A DNA stretch of 64,000 nt from Octopus bimaculoides (GCF_001194135.2 NC_068985.1:73618026-73682025); one strand, 5' to 3'. Shown: positions 35,127 to 49,625, counted from the first letter of the stretch. Notes: generated by a model from the letters alone, not told the origin. Numbers and translations: made by a program.

Positions 35127-36269
35127 CAGATTGAGTAGAAATACAATATTCAGAAGAGTATTTGGTCAGAAACGAAGCCGTAAATGTCCTGCCTCTATTG
35201 CGTCAAAAGTGGAAGATCACATCGAAAATGTTAAATCTAAAATAATTTCTTAGAGATTATTGTCAAAGGGAAAAAACAGAACATACTGCCATGATTAGAA
35301 ACACACAGCTGATGCAAATATTTATGTTTCATGAAAACATGAACAAACGCCGCTGTACATATAAACATAGACGTACACCTGCTTTTGTCATATACAAACA
35401 TTTGTTTAGACGAATATATTTAATAACTGTGAATGTTTAAAAGGCTTCGTCGATGAAACTGATTTCAAACTAATCGACAAATAGAGATTTCTCATATTAG
35501 CAATATTTTCTATTTTTTACCAAATTCAGCCAATGGATTGGTGTAGGTCTTGTAACTTATTTGTTGTTTATGCTATTAAACATTTAAACAATGAGCACTC
35601 TGCGTCCTCTTTCAGTCCCGATTTACTTTCTCAAGGTTTATAGTATCTAGGACTACTTCTATGCTGACTTAGTCTATCAATTTTTTAGACCCTCCCATCT
35701 ATTTCAGGCTAGTAAGTGTACCTGTCCTTTGGATGGTTTAAGTTGCGAACATTTTTATGAGTCGCACGGCAATCTACAGTTCCGATTAATATAGGTTGAC
35801 CTTGTTTTAGTAAATTTCTACAAGTACACCCGAACGGTTTTCACAGAATAAAAAAAAAAAACTACGATATTCGCGTGGAATCAACTCGCCTGACCTCCTA
35901 CGTTCCCATAAAGCCCTTGTTTTGGTTGTCCGAAAAAAGGGAGGGCGGTGTGGGTGTATCCCACCTGTCTCTGAATCTTTGGAATTTTTTGTTTTCGTAG
36001 AATGAATTACGGTGAGCTCCTAATATGCCACAAAACCCATTTTTTTGTCCGGAAAACCATATTTTTGCCCGGAACCCTTGGAAATCCACCCCCCAGAGTA
36101 GGGAAAAATGTACAGCGTTCATGAATGAAAAGATCGTTACATGCTGTGGAACATATGATAGAATTTCGATATAGCAAAAATCTTTAGAAACTCTTTCAAC
36201 ACAATAGCACAATTAAAGCAATACACAATACTTATTCTACGTAATTGTCCCTCAATAAAGAACACAACT

Positions 36270-36301
36270 ATCGTTCTTCTTCCACTTCTTCTTCTTCCAC
36301 T

Positions 36302-36333
<32 letters not shown>

Positions 36334-36437
36334 TTGTTCTTGTTCTTCTTCTTCTTCTTCTTCTTCTTCTTCGTCGTCGTCTTCTTCTTTTTCTTCTTCT
36401 TCTTCTTCTTCTTCTTCTTCTTCTTCTTCTTCTTCTT

Positions 36438-36467
<30 letters not shown>
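36270..36467. repeat. (TTC)n trinucleotide microsatellite
   Basis: About 200 bp of near-pure TTC. Confidence 0.95.
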
Positions 36468-36468
<1 letters not shown>

Positions 36469-36784
36469 TGCTTCTCACAAATAAACCTCAGAGCTAATGA
36501 TTCAGGTACAACCGAAGAGGAGATCAAGCTTTGGTTGTCACATATTAGCTAATAAAACAAGAATCTGGAAGCAATAATTCCTAGAAGAAGGAAAGTAAAT
36601 GTAAAAAATTTTGTGGGATTATGTATTAGAATCAGTGTTATGGGAAGGAAATAGATCCCCCGACAAAAAACAAAATAAAAATAAAAATTTGAAAAAAACA
36701 ACCAAAACTAAAAGGTAATAGAAAATGAAAAAAGAATAAATTAGTTTAACATTTGGATATAAAACTTTCGAAATACGTGTGAAT

Positions 36785-37745
36785 GTAATTTTCTACTCTA
36801 GTCACAAGGCCCGAAATTTATGGGAAGGGAGAAGTCGATTAAATCGACCCCAGTACGCAACAGGTTCTTAATTTTTCAACCTCGAAAGGATGAAAGGCAA
36901 GTCGACCTCGGTGGAATTTGTCAAACATATTGCCTAATATATGATCGGGAAAATAATATAATACTAAAAGCTTTCGATTTCAACATGCGGGATGTGAGGG
37001 TATAAAAAGAAAACAATGCTAATATTTCTGCGATCTCACCGCCTTAATACGTGTGGATGTTCTTTCCTACGCTAGGCACAAGGCCCGAAATTTTGAGGGA
37101 AGGGGCCAGTTGACTAGATCGACTTCAGTACGCAACTCGTACTTACTTTATCGACCCCGAAATATGAAGGGCAAAATGAGCCTCGGCGGAATTTTAACTC
37201 AAAACGTAAAGACACAAAATACCGCTAAGCATTTCACCCGGCGTGTTAACGTTCCTTATTTCTTTATTGCCCACAAGAGGTTAAACATAGAGGGGACAAA
37301 CAAGGAAAGACAAAGAGATTAAGTCGATTACATGGACCCCAGTACGTAACTGTTACTTAATTTATCGACCCCGAACGGATGAAAAGCAAAGTCGACTTGG
37401 CGGAATATGAACCCAGAACGTAACGGCAGACGAAATACCGCTAAGCATGTGGCCCGGCGTGCTAACGTTTCTACCAGCTCACTGCCTTAAGGGTAAGGCA
37501 AAGGCCGAAACAGCGTAGCACCAATGACGTTGCAACTCATTTCTACTGCTGAGTGGACTAGCGCAATGTGAAATAAAGTGTCTTGCTCAAGAACACGACA
37601 CGCAACCCGTTCGCGGAATCGACCTCACAACCTCACGATCGTATTCTCGACGCTCTAACCAGTGAGCCATGCGCCTTCATAATACGTGTGAATATTCTTT
37701 TCTACTCTAGGCACAAGGCTAACGTTTCTGCTAAGCTCGCTGTAT
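36785..37745 (-). mobile_element. Stack of at least 5 tRNA-derived SINE copies or pieces (near full-length at 37255-37488; other family at 37495-37679)
   Basis: Repeated tails (ccttgtgcctagagtagaaaag) and heads (aggcggtgag..gcagaa..gttagc; tgaaggcgcatggctcactggttagagcg) on the - strand. Confidence 0.85.
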
Positions 37746-38564
37746 TAATACGTGTGAATATTTAGAAAATGTGTGAAGAAGGTAATCTAAGATAAACTAC
37801 GGTGTTAACAAAATTTAGCAAACTAAAACGTAACAGTTTTGCGGCAGTACTCGAAAGATTAACTAGCAATGAAACTAATACAAGATTATGTCGTAATTCT
37901 CTAAGAGTAGTGCGCAGTTAGTTAGAAAGATAAGTAGACGCATGGCCGAGAACGGTATTAAGAAAATATATCGGAGGAAACTTTATGAAAATGAATTAGA
38001 TTTTCCAAAAATTCTTTAAGCATGATGATCATCATTAATAGACAAAGAGCAGCTGAGGAGAGTTGAGCCACTGAGAAAATAAACGCTCTATTCAAAAAAA
38101 CATAAAGCGTAAGGTGTCTTAGCTTGAACATCAAATATACAATCACGCGCAAACACATTTGTAGCTAAACAGACATTCGCATATGCTCAAATAGTCTTTT
38201 TTATAGCATTACGCTACTTTGCATACCTTTCTTTTATTGGTACGAAGTGTGTCCATTTCAAGTACAAATATAATTCATGTGTGTGTATCTCATTTTATTA
38301 TACTATATATATNNNNNNNNNNNNNNNNNNNNNNNNNNNNNNNNNNNNNNNNNNNNNNNNNNNNNNNNNNNNNNNNNNNNNNNNNNNNNNNNNNNNNNNN
38401 NNNNNNNNNNGTGTGTGCGTGCATCATGTCTGGATGTATGTATCTGTACATACATATATGCTTGCAGATATTTGTGCTTTCATGAATCTGGGTATATGTT
38501 AGTATGTACGTATGTATGTTTGTATGTATGCGTGTGTGTACGCGCTCACACACACATACATGAG

Positions 38565-39062
38565 ACACGATGTTGTTGTTAAGACGCTGTATAATGAGAT
38601 CTCTCCGAAGGATAACCCTAAGACCAAAGAAATAAGAATCCACAGTATGGTGGAAGCCATAGCCACTCATAATAAAAAGGAGTACCGGTGGAATGTCCGA
38701 GAGTAAAGCTCAATAAAATGTAAATATAACAAATTAGAGATAATGATTTGGGATAGAGAAGAGAAACTGTACAGTTGCGGAAATCAGTTACCCAGCGGAT
38801 GTTATCATAAAGATAAAGATCAGCGAAAAAGAAATCACATACGCCGAATTGTTGAGAAATCTACAGTTACTCAGCCCATATTACAAGTTCAGGTTTATAC
38901 ATGTAATTATTGGGACACTGGGATATGTAACACACTAAGTACCAATCTTGAGAAATTAGGCTTCTTAAAACCAGAAAGGAGTAAGCTGATTCGTGAACTA
39001 CAAATCCAGGCCATCACTGGAACTGTAAAAATCTGTAACACTTTTCAGAAGTTTATCATGCA
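38565..39062 (+). mobile_element. R4/Dong-like 3' end with RLE domain
   Basis: RHDVVVKTLY...KCKYNKLEIMIWDREEKL...EISYPADV...EKEITYAELLRNLQLL...IIGTLGYV. Confidence 0.8.
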
Positions 39063-41569
39063 CGTGTATATGAGAATGTTTAAACACGCAGCTACATGCA
39101 TGAGAATACATACATAAAACAAAACATACAAATCTACACATGTACATCCATCCATCCATCCATACAAAAACACTCTGTTGGTGTTAAGATTCCTGTGAGA
39201 CAGTCTTAGATCTAAGTTAGAAACTGACTCTTGCGCATTGGGTTGAAATAAAATTAATAACAACATATATACTTACATACACACAGACGCAGGCACACAC
39301 ACGCAGACACACACATACACATACACATATACATACACACCTAAGGTCATATATATATATGTATGTATACACACACACACACATATGTATATATAGATAT
39401 ATACATATATGCGCGTTTGTGAGTGTATGTGTATGTGTGTGTGTGTGTGCAATTCTCTCAAACTGTTTCTGTGTATATGTTTTTTTTTTGTATGAAAATA
39501 GTATAGAAATGTTCCAGAATATGCAGTAATATACGAGAACTGCAACCTACATCATATTTCAAATGTTATTGGCATCACTACCATGATGGCAGCGCACAAA
39601 CAGGAACTAAATTTCTTCAAGTATATACGAAATCGAAAATTTCTTCAAATTCTATAGACAGCCTATATTTTCACCATCATAAAATTGTTAGCTGATAATT
39701 GATATCTGTATACCTTTGTATACGCTACAGGTTTGTTGTATCTAAATAAAGTGAAACGCTAGGTTCGTAAGTAATTAACAACGACTAGCTGTTTAACTCT
39801 TGTGGCAAAGCCGTTATAACCTGTCATAAATAATCTGTTTTTCTACTTCATTATTTGTATTGTTTACAGTGGCTGGTAAAGTATAAATCATAGTGAGTTA
39901 AACTGATGTTTTAATGGCTACTGAAGTGGTGTTGCGGTATCACATATTGTTATTTTCTTTGAAGTAACATGAAATTGCGTTAATTTACTAAGATTGGAAG
40001 CTAATTACAATACTGATCTTTAGAAGTATCATTATCATTGCATTCTTCTTAAATCATAATAATTTATTTCTGCTTTTAAACTTTCTTGACTGAGTTTGGT
40101 TCATCTCTCGATAAAATGCTTTACATATATTATCGTTGATACTGTAAGGTTTAATGTGATTACAATTTACAATGATTGCACACTTAATGAATAACAAATG
40201 AATTGCCGTCTGTAGTATGTCGTCATAATAATCTCGTTGCAACTATAATAGTAGTTTTTACTAATATGCTAACAAAATTAGAATCTACGGAAAGTGAAAG
40301 CTGATTCTACCTATGTGTTACGCCAACGACATAAGCATAGGCCGATGTACCATATATAAGCGTAATATGACAATAATATCAGAGTGTACATATTTTTGTA
40401 GCTGTGTCGTATGTATTTGACATATCCATTAATATAAGCGAAATACTCTTGCTGGCGCGTTGTTGTAGTAATATCAATTACCAACTAAGGCACGTGGCCT
40501 AGTGGTTCGATTCCTTTAGCAGGTGGCATGTTGTTCTTGAGCAAAACGCTCCATTTATTTTACGTTGCTCTAATGCTGTATGTCGACCGGAATGCGCAAT
40601 AATAAATCCACCGTTTCATCTGCGTGTCGTAAAAGGCAATTGAAAGAGGCTGAAGCCGGATTTGCTTTCTGACCCACTAAAACACTCACAAGCAACGTTT
40701 AGCTAAATGGATCTGTAAGTTGTGGGGTTATCGCCTGTATAGTGCTAAAGTGTCATCAGCCTTGGACAGGGAATCACTAACAAATGGGGCATGCAGCGAC
40801 GTGCCGTTACAGTACAGCATTTTCCTTTTCAATCACTACCTCTTTAAATTGACATTAAGAATAGATTACAACAAAGACAGGTACATACTGGCTGTTAAAG
40901 TTAATAGCTTCAAAATGTTGCTTCGTAAATCTTGGGCCTGGCTGACAGAAAGAGCACTTAATTCTAACAATCATCTGTATATATATTTTTTTCAATATAC
41001 AAAGAGTAATATAATGTAGCTTAAAAAATACCATTTGAAAACAAAACAAACTGTTTCATGGAGTTCAGTACTCGTTTCCATAAACATAACTAATTTTAAT
41101 AATTTGAAATTATAAGTTGCTTGTTAAATGGAAATTTGGGAAAAAAATCATGCACTGGAAATCAAGGATGGAACTGAAGTCTTCCGCTGTAAAATTTCGA
41201 TGAGCACTCAAAATCTCATTACTTTTCAACGGGAAGTAGTCTCATTCACTGATTACCAGAACGTCTTTGCTCTAAGTGGTCTTATATTGGTGTGTATGTT
41301 TCTGTGTACATACGCGTGTGACTGCGTTTTGAGTATCCTACTTGATGCACTAATCTTGACTTTTAGAGCTTAAGACAGAAAATTAATAATTATTTTAGCA
41401 TAACCTTCATTTATTTATATTACACACACACACATGCACGCGCACACACACAGATACTCACACACACACACACATACGAAGTAATGCTGGTGAATATTTT
41501 TCCTAAGAATTTTATAGAATTCGGTCTGGCATTTTTTATATTAAAATTGAGCCTCACATTCCCAGTCGA

Positions 41570-42240
41570 ATTACAAATCTACCGAGAAGATAGAAGACGA
41601 GGATTGATGAGTGTACAATCATTTCTATTAGCAACAGATAGGTTGCTGGCAGGGATGAGGTACTTTTAAGAGCATCACGAAAAGATACTGATGGAAGGAA
41701 TATAAAGAAATTTCGAAGACTTCAACAAATTCAGAAGCAAGAATTAGTAAAAAAAGCATCAACGTATGGAAGTGTACACAGCTGTTAAGCAATTCCGGCT
41801 GCCAATAAAGAATGGTGTTTTGTTGAACAAGGCAGAGGGACTTATCCATCTGCGCACAAGGATACAAAGATTATAAATAATCAGAAAGAGTATGAATAAG
41901 CGTAGTATTTCGGTTGCATGTAGAATATTTGTTAAACAAAAAGAAACGGTTGGAGTTTTGATCGCTGGATGTAAGATACTTGCTTCGAATGTTTTCAAGA
42001 TGACGCTGCCACATTGCTACAGTTGCAGATTTGTTAAATGTTTAGATTCGAGGATGCAGAAGAGTGAAGTAAGCATCTTGTCTGTGACAACGAACTTGTA
42101 AGCTTATTTGTTACAATCAAAGAGAAACTTCAGACTGGCATATTGTTGTTTAATCGATGTTGCTTCTCTTGTTTGATGCTATGATGGTTGACAGAGACAT
42201 TAGAAATTAGAAACCGACCATTGCCTAAGGAATATAAGAA
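41570..42240 (+). mobile_element. R4/Dong-like fragment (post-RT region and CCHC)
   Basis: YREDRRRGLMSVQ; AEGLIHLRT; CRIFVKQKETVGVLIAGCKILA. Confidence 0.65.
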
Positions 42241-43144
42241 AATTCGGAATTGCTATATGTTATTAACCTAATTGTAATAAGTAGCGTGTAGTGTAACAAA
42301 ATTTTAAATGGATGATCGAAAACATGAGTTTACTGATTCTACAGAAAGCTTATTTTCTTTTCACAGCAACGATCATTGGAACAGTATTAGATACCAAAAT
42401 TTGAAAATGGTAGATTGGTATCGAGAAATACAAAATCAGCACGAAAAAGTAGTATTAATTCCAAAAGGTATGATTTCGGAGAGGATAAAACCGGATAAAA
42501 ATAAGAAAAAAATTAAGTAATTTTGAAAATAATAAATCAAAACCAGATAAAAGCAAGACACTCGAAATAGTATAATTTATGTCCACAATTTTTCAGTGTA
42601 TGGTAATGTGCTAAGTGGCATAAAGAAGCATAAATCAATGGCTATTGATTTTCGAGATTACAAGTCGACAAAACTGGGAAGAATCTCAGAAAACTGAGAA
42701 AATAATATATCAAACCAAAACCAAATTATGATATTTCGGTGACGATGTAAATCTCCCACTTCATCTCCATAGCATCAAGTACACTTATTTCTAGATACTT
42801 TGAATATTCTTTGAATCTCGGCGTTTGGTTCACTTTTCCAATTTCGTTCTTTTTATTTACAAATCGGAAACGTTTCTAGTTAATCGTCAAACACTCATAA
42901 GTTACAAAATTCACCGGACGAAATATTGTAGAACTGTTAAAAGGCTTCAAGCATATTTTGCTGGACGTAAAAAAAACTTTTAAAATGACAAATTGCAGTT
43001 TGTTATTGTTAGACTTAATATTTCAACAGAAAATTACATGTTTATAATATAAAGAGACACACGTTTTAGAGACAGAAGCAGTATTAATTCCAAAAGGTAA
43101 TATTTAACTCCATCTAAAGCGGAAAGCCAGCAGTATCATTAAAG

Positions 43145-43290
43145 AGCCGGAGGAAATGCTTAACGGCAGTGCACCCATATTTACATTCTAGGTTCAAAAT
43201 CTGCTCAGGTCGGCTTTGCCTATCATCCTTTCGGAAGTCAATAGAATAAGTACCAGTTGAGTACTGTGGTCGATGTAATCGACATACCCA
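43145..43290 (+). mobile_element. tRNA-derived SINE fragment
   Basis: gaaatgcttaacggc...ggttcaaaatctgctcaggtcggctttgcc...gtcgatgtaatcgac. Confidence 0.65.
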
Positions 43291-43299
43291 ATCTCTCTA

Positions 43300-43633
43300 C
43301 CACGAGAAAAAACTCTCATATTGACCATCGGTTCGTAAACACACTCTTGTATATATCGCTAGCGAGGAGATAAGACCTTCGCCATTGACAACGTCGAGAC
43401 TATCACCACATCACGTCGATTTCGGCCTCCCTTGGTCTTGTCAATGACGAACGCCTGAATGCTAGAGATAGCACCGATATATCTCCGCTATCAATATATA
43501 GGATGGTAGAGCCGGAACAGGCAAGTGATTTAGTGGTCTTGGCGTTGACAGTAGCGAAGGGTTTATCTCGGCTAGCGATATAAAGAAGAGTGGTTTTACG
43601 CACCAAAGGCCAATATGAGAGACACTCTCATGA
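43300..43633. mobile_element. 334-bp MITE with about 110-bp TIRs and TA flanks
   Basis: TA|CCACGAG...CTCATGA|TA; arms about 43300-43410 and 43525-43633 are reverse complements. Confidence 0.75.
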
Positions 43634-44084
43634 TAACTATCTCAAACTTCTGCGTCTTAACCACACATATGATTTTAAGTGAGGATAAAAATTAACTATA
43701 TGATATACGTTCTATTTTATTGGTTACGATTACAATCACGTTACTTCCATAACGTCCGTTAATAGTTGTCTATTGAACGGAAGCAAAGGTAGACAGGTAT
43801 ATTAATGTTAAATCAAATATTATATTGACATGTCTTTGAAAGTTAGATTCAGTGTAACACATATTACACAAACATTCGTAATGCCATAAAAATTGCATTC
43901 TTAAAGATTGGTCCCTACAAAAATCTAGTTTGAAACATCTACCGAATAATTACCTTAACTGGATAACGCTTCATCTTTGTTCAAACAATTTATTTTACAT
44001 AAAAAGATATACATAGTAATCATCGTCGTCATCTTACTTTGCTTTTAAATCATGTACACTCTATTGTATATGTACACTGATATT

Positions 44085-44990
44085 ACCTATCTAATGGAGC
44101 ATACTGGCTACAGTTCTTTCAGGCCTTCGATTGTCCTCAGCAGTCACAGCCTATGTCTCACTTCCATGTAACATAGCTGTTCGTACTTACAATCTACCTT
44201 TCACTCTGAGTGAGAGGTTCTTCGTTAGTAACAAAAGTAGTATCTGCCTGAACTTTGCTCAGCCCATTCGTATTCTGTGCTTTCGGAACAACATCCACCA
44301 CTGCTAACTTGGTCACCTATGTAACGGAAACTGTCAACTAGTTTTAAAGATACCCCCACTAACATATGAGGTAGTCTATTTTTTTTATATTCCGGGTGTT
44401 TAATCTTCCAGTGCTAGCGCTGCACCATTTATGTGTGCATAGCTTGCACTGAGTACAGAGTATGGAGTTTTTCCCAACAATTTCTACATTTTCTGCATAT
44501 GGAGCAGGGCACTGTCTCGGGAAGGAGCTGCTAATTTCTGTCTTCCTACTTATTAGGACTTTGGCTAATTTAACTCAAGGCCCTTTAATTCCAGGTCTTA
44601 ACTTCTACACCACAAATTTCTTCCCTGGCGCTTGTAGTGATTCAGCAATAAGAATAAGATCATCGGTGTAGGGGAGTTCTTAAGGGCAGCCAATCTTCTG
44701 TTATAGCTTCGAGGCCTATGATAAATAAGAGGGGACTGAGAACCGATCCTGAACTGTACACTAAATTGCTTGCTATGCTCATTAGCGTATTTCACCTTAC
44801 CGACAGCATCCACGTACATGGCTTTTACAGCTCTCACTAACCCTCATCTATCCCTAGCCTCGGTATTGCCCACTAGATAGGGGTGCCGGAGACCTTGGCG
44901 AACGTTTTTTCCAAGTCAACAAACGCCAAATACAGTTGCCTCACAGGACTATAGCATCGGTTGTGCTTCTACCTGGCATCTCATGTAGGC
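44085..44990 (-). mobile_element. RTE-clade LINE RT fragment
   Basis: LAFVDLEK...LGIDE..VRAVKAMYVDAV; YTDDLILIAES; VDSF..GD; SLRVKGRL. Confidence 0.85.
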
Positions 44991-46558
44991 TAACTCTCTT
45001 TCAAATTAATTGAATTATGACCTTTTCTGTAACGTTTATTACCTGGTACAGCAATTTGATGCCTCCGTAATCATTTCTGTTTCAGGCAACACTTTTGCCT
45101 TTGAGGCAATTGACTATAATGCTGCTACATCAATTCCTGGGTATGACTCACTCGTGGACAACCTGATTAATTATACGGGTGACTAGGTCATATTCCACTC
45201 AAGTATCATTCGTGTAAAATATAAAATTTCTATGAATGTTGATAGCGTGTTGTATAAGCTATGTAATATACGTATAAATATTATGACCCCAATTTAAAAT
45301 TAATGTATAAATTAATATTCAAATTCCATCTTTCAGGTGTTTTGAAACTCGTCTTTTATATGTTAGGAATAAATAATTGCATTGGCCCCAGCGGCACAGT
45401 GTATTGAAATGATAAATCATATTACTTCTCCGAAAGTAGTTTATTTACCATAGGAAACATTTCAAATTATTTCAGAAAACAAGAAAATAGAGTGTTTTTT
45501 TTTCTACCGAATACAACGTATTATTTTACAGTCTTTCTATATATACATAAACAAGCACTTATCACGCTGCACCTCTCTACCCACCACTCGTGTATTTGTA
45601 TATACATTTGCATGAATTTATGCCAATACTCATATAATATTCTATCTATAACTTTGTTCATATTATTTTACATAAATCTATGTATCACCTTCTCTATCCA
45701 CAAAAACAAGAGTGAATATTCAAGAATAATACAAAATATCATTCGATACGTAGGTATTTGCTCAAGAAAATCTCGTCACTCTTGAGGCCAGTTTTCGACG
45801 AAATATAGAAAGTAAAACATTTGCCTACATTTGATACGCGAACATGGTATTTATTTTGTGAAGGATAATGTAGGCTAAAAGTGTTGTTGAAGTGGAAAAT
45901 ATAATACTTCAATGCATACGAAAATGTTATCATGTGATTCGCATTTACAAGGAATGAAACTTTTCTAAACTTCTTAAGTTCTAAGAGGAGAAACCTTGAG
46001 TAGGTATACAGAGAAAAAGTCTAAAACTCTACGCTTTTTGAATTGCATTTCCTTATTTCTTTCCTTTTGCTGTTAGAAAATCATAAATGATTACGGTTGT
46101 ATTGGAAATCCATATTCAGTTTCTTTATCAAAAGACCAAAAGAAAAGTAAAAAGGAAATTAAACACTATTTTCCGCATGATAAAGACGAAAAGTAACATG
46201 ATTATCATACGAAACAGTCTCTCTTTTACCAGTATGATGAATATTTTGTTTAAATTAATACGATATTGGAACTTTTACTTACATCTAAAATTTTGCAACA
46301 TAATACGTGAAGCAAGGAATTTACTTGTACAATGCAAATGTCTCGCATTTCTGTTAATGATAAATAGCACCACATACTAAAGATCTACTTGTAATGACTT
46401 CTACTGATTAGCTTATGATTCAGCGAAGAGAAATATGTACGCGCGCACGCGCACACACACATGTTATAAATTATATATGCATTTGTGTGTAGGGATAGAC
46501 AGACAGAAAAAGCGATACACAGATAGATCAATAGATAGATGAATTTATATATATATAT

Positions 46559-46619
<61 letters not shown>

Positions 46620-47439
46620 CTAATGGATACAATTGTTTCTGTGCGGGGTATGTATTTATAAGCATTTTTATATCTTAGTATCAATTCGTTTCTTATATTT
46701 CTAGTGAATCTTCTTCGTATCTGCACTGATTCACCAATATACTTTTCCATAAACCGTTCCTCCATTTTTTTGTATCAATTTTAGCATCTTATATCTTAGT
46801 GTAAATTCAGCCCTTATGTACTGTCTGTTTTTTTCTTATTCTTCATCATTTAATTCTTCGGCTTAGAATTTTTTCATATAAACTAGCCTTCTATCTTTTG
46901 ATAAACAGAAGTTGTCTGAACATCACTTAATTTAATACCAGTCACTCACTTCCCGAATATATACAGATAATAACCTTAGGAGGTTATGTTTTCTAAACAG
47001 CACCTTTCGTATTGAAGATAAGCGGTAATAGTGTCTTTCCATTCCGTGCGCTGGCGTATTTTTTTTTAGATATAAATTTCTGTTACTATAATTGTATGAT
47101 TAAGTTTACCGTTTAATTTATAACTTCTTAAGTATTTACTGTTAAAAGTTTCCTGCGAATGTGGCATGCACACATGTATGTGTGCCTGTTTGTATATATA
47201 TATATATATTTGAAGTTAAGCAACAAAAATTCAATAGGTTATAGCAGTACGTACGTTTCATACAAGCTCCATTTATTCATGTAGTGAGAACACTATAGAA
47301 AATATAATGAAAATGTACTCCTCAGCTGCATAAAGGAATTTCATCTGGTGCCTCAAACATTTTAAGTACCACATTTAATCTTTTGATTAAATCTATATTA
47401 TTATTATCATATATATATATATATTTATATATCTATATC

Positions 47440-47541
<102 letters not shown>

Positions 47542-47546
47542 TATAT

Positions 47547-48485
47547 GTATGTATATGAGAGGTGTATGAGAGGTATTTCTTTCCTCTGCATCTAGTATCA
47601 TTGTTACGTGTATTTGCCCATCTAGTTCCTGAAACACCTTTTGATTTGTTTCAAACAATCTGTCTTGCCTGAACAGTCTTTTCCTCTTGTCATATTTTTC
47701 TAGTTTTGCTTTGATTGCTACTACACTTCGTTGCAATTCTTCCAGTATCACACCATAACCTTTATCTCTTATTCGATATGATCTTTCCAGCATTATTCCT
47801 ATGCTTTGGTTCTGCAATTCCCCTGTTCTCAATTTAGCAACTTGCCCTAAATATCTTTTCAACATTCTTTGTTTCTCACAAATTCGTCTACGCCAGTATG
47901 GTCCTTTACCTTTTGTTTGTTCTTTTCTTTTGTATCCAAATATATCTGCAGCGACCATAGCTGCATCCCAAGCAATCTTGTTAGTTTCAGTTATATTTCT
48001 CGCCTGGAATAGCCCAAGAAGCGAATCTATCTTTTCGGTTTCAACCTTAAGCTTGCAACGGTCAGTGTACTTCAGGTTGAGTTGGGGGTTGCTTGATCCT
48101 GGTCTTCTCTAATATGTCGGCACAGCATCCTCATTGTATCTTGTTGGTCATCATCGTATTCTTGTGGTAGAGCACTTCCTGTTACTTCTACTTCATTTAC
48201 TGAGAATGCATTTACATTTACTCTTTGCTCTACTTCTTCACTGTCGCCTTTCATTTTTCTGTTCTCACTGAGCACTATATCTGTTGGTGAAGTATTATTT
48301 CTATTTTCTTCTTCCTTTTTATCTCTTCTATTTCTATGTCTGTTAACCATCCTTTTCCTGTTATTGCTCTCGTCAGGTCGGCTAACCGTTGCTTACTTGT
48401 TCCAAGAGTCCTATCTCATTCCAGTTTGCTTTCATTCGTTGTGGAAATCCCCTTCTTCTGGGTTCACTCCTGATCCAGCATTCAA
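47547..48485 (-). mobile_element. R4/Dong-like N-terminal fragment
   Basis: RGFPQRMKANW...KQRLADL...KGW; KGPYWRRRICEK...GYGVILEELQ...RLFETNQK. Confidence 0.8.
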
Positions 48486-48489
48486 TTAT

Positions 48490-49500
48490 TAGTAGCATCT
48501 GATGTACTACTATTTTAAAAGTTGGACCAAAGTGCGATAATTACAGTTCTGATCTTAAAACATTTTGAATTTCTTCAAATGATTTTTGACACCTGTCTGA
48601 CCAATACCATTTTACACCTTTTTTCAATAGGTTGTTTAAGGGTGCTCTTAGCTCATGCATGCTTGGTAATAGTTCGCGAGCCCTAAGAACGCTTGTAATG
48701 TAATATTTTTCGAGGTACGCATATTATTTATTACCGCCGATCTTGAAGGGTCTGGCCTCCAACCATTTTTATCGATAACTTGCCCAAGATACTTTATTTC
48801 TGGCATGAAATATTCGCATTTTCCTCGCTAAGTTTGAATCCATGCTCCTTTATTTTCTCAAAAAACATTTTAATATGTTCCTCATGCTGGCCTCTAGATT
48901 CACTTTTTATGAGTATGTCATCCAAATATGCTGTAGCGAAATCCGTATCTGCAAGCATCGTATACATCACTTTGTGGAAAATACTAGGTGCCAAATTTAT
49001 ACCAAAAGGAAGTCGATTGAAATTATAAAAACATTTATGAGTGTTTATCGGGAATAATTTCGAACATTTTTCCTCGACTTGCAACAGTAAATGCGCCTCC
49101 AACAAGTTCCATTTTGAGAAAAATTTCCTATGGGTTTGATAGTGGATAAGTGTATGTCCTTAACATTCGTTGAAACCTGTTCAAAAGTCCGCGCATACTC
49201 ATATTTTGTTATTCATTTCTCTTCATAAACAGTCGGTGCTGCCCATTCTGAATAATCAACTTTTTCTATAACTTCAAGTTTTTCTAGCCTATCTAATTCG
49301 TCGCCCATTCTGAGTTATCAACTTTTTCTATAACACTCAGCTTTTCTAGCCTATCAAATTCCTCGGTGACTTGATCCGACGCTGCGAAAGGTACATCTCG
49401 GCTCGGTTTAGAAATACCTGTGCGGCGTTTTCTTTTACTTGAAATTTTACTTTTATCTTGGTGCATCTACCTAATTCTTCCAAAAAAAACATCAGGAAAA
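48490..49500 (-). mobile_element. Ty3/Gypsy pol relic (RT and start of RNase H)
   Basis: ELGRCTKIKVKF; EKVDYSEWAAPT; RLPFGINLAPSIF...AYLDDILI; FLGLANYY...LRAPLNNLLKKG.KW; SDA. Confidence 0.9.
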
Positions 49501-49625
49501 AACATTTTTCTGGAAGTCTCTCTGCCGCTCCGCTGTGCTGTGTCGCTTTCCGTCTCTGCCATTCTCTAGGTCCTTCTCTCCTCTCTTCGTCTCTAGAAGC
49601 CAAGTTCTATGTTTCCTGCCTTTAT

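Noticed and set aside
36137-36552. Poly-Arg/Lys/Ser/Phe ORFs
   Set aside because: Translations of the (TTC)n microsatellite.
37590-37679. tRNA gene (also 60040-60126)
   Set aside because: tRNA-like A/B boxes continue into a SINE body; no complete cloverleaf.
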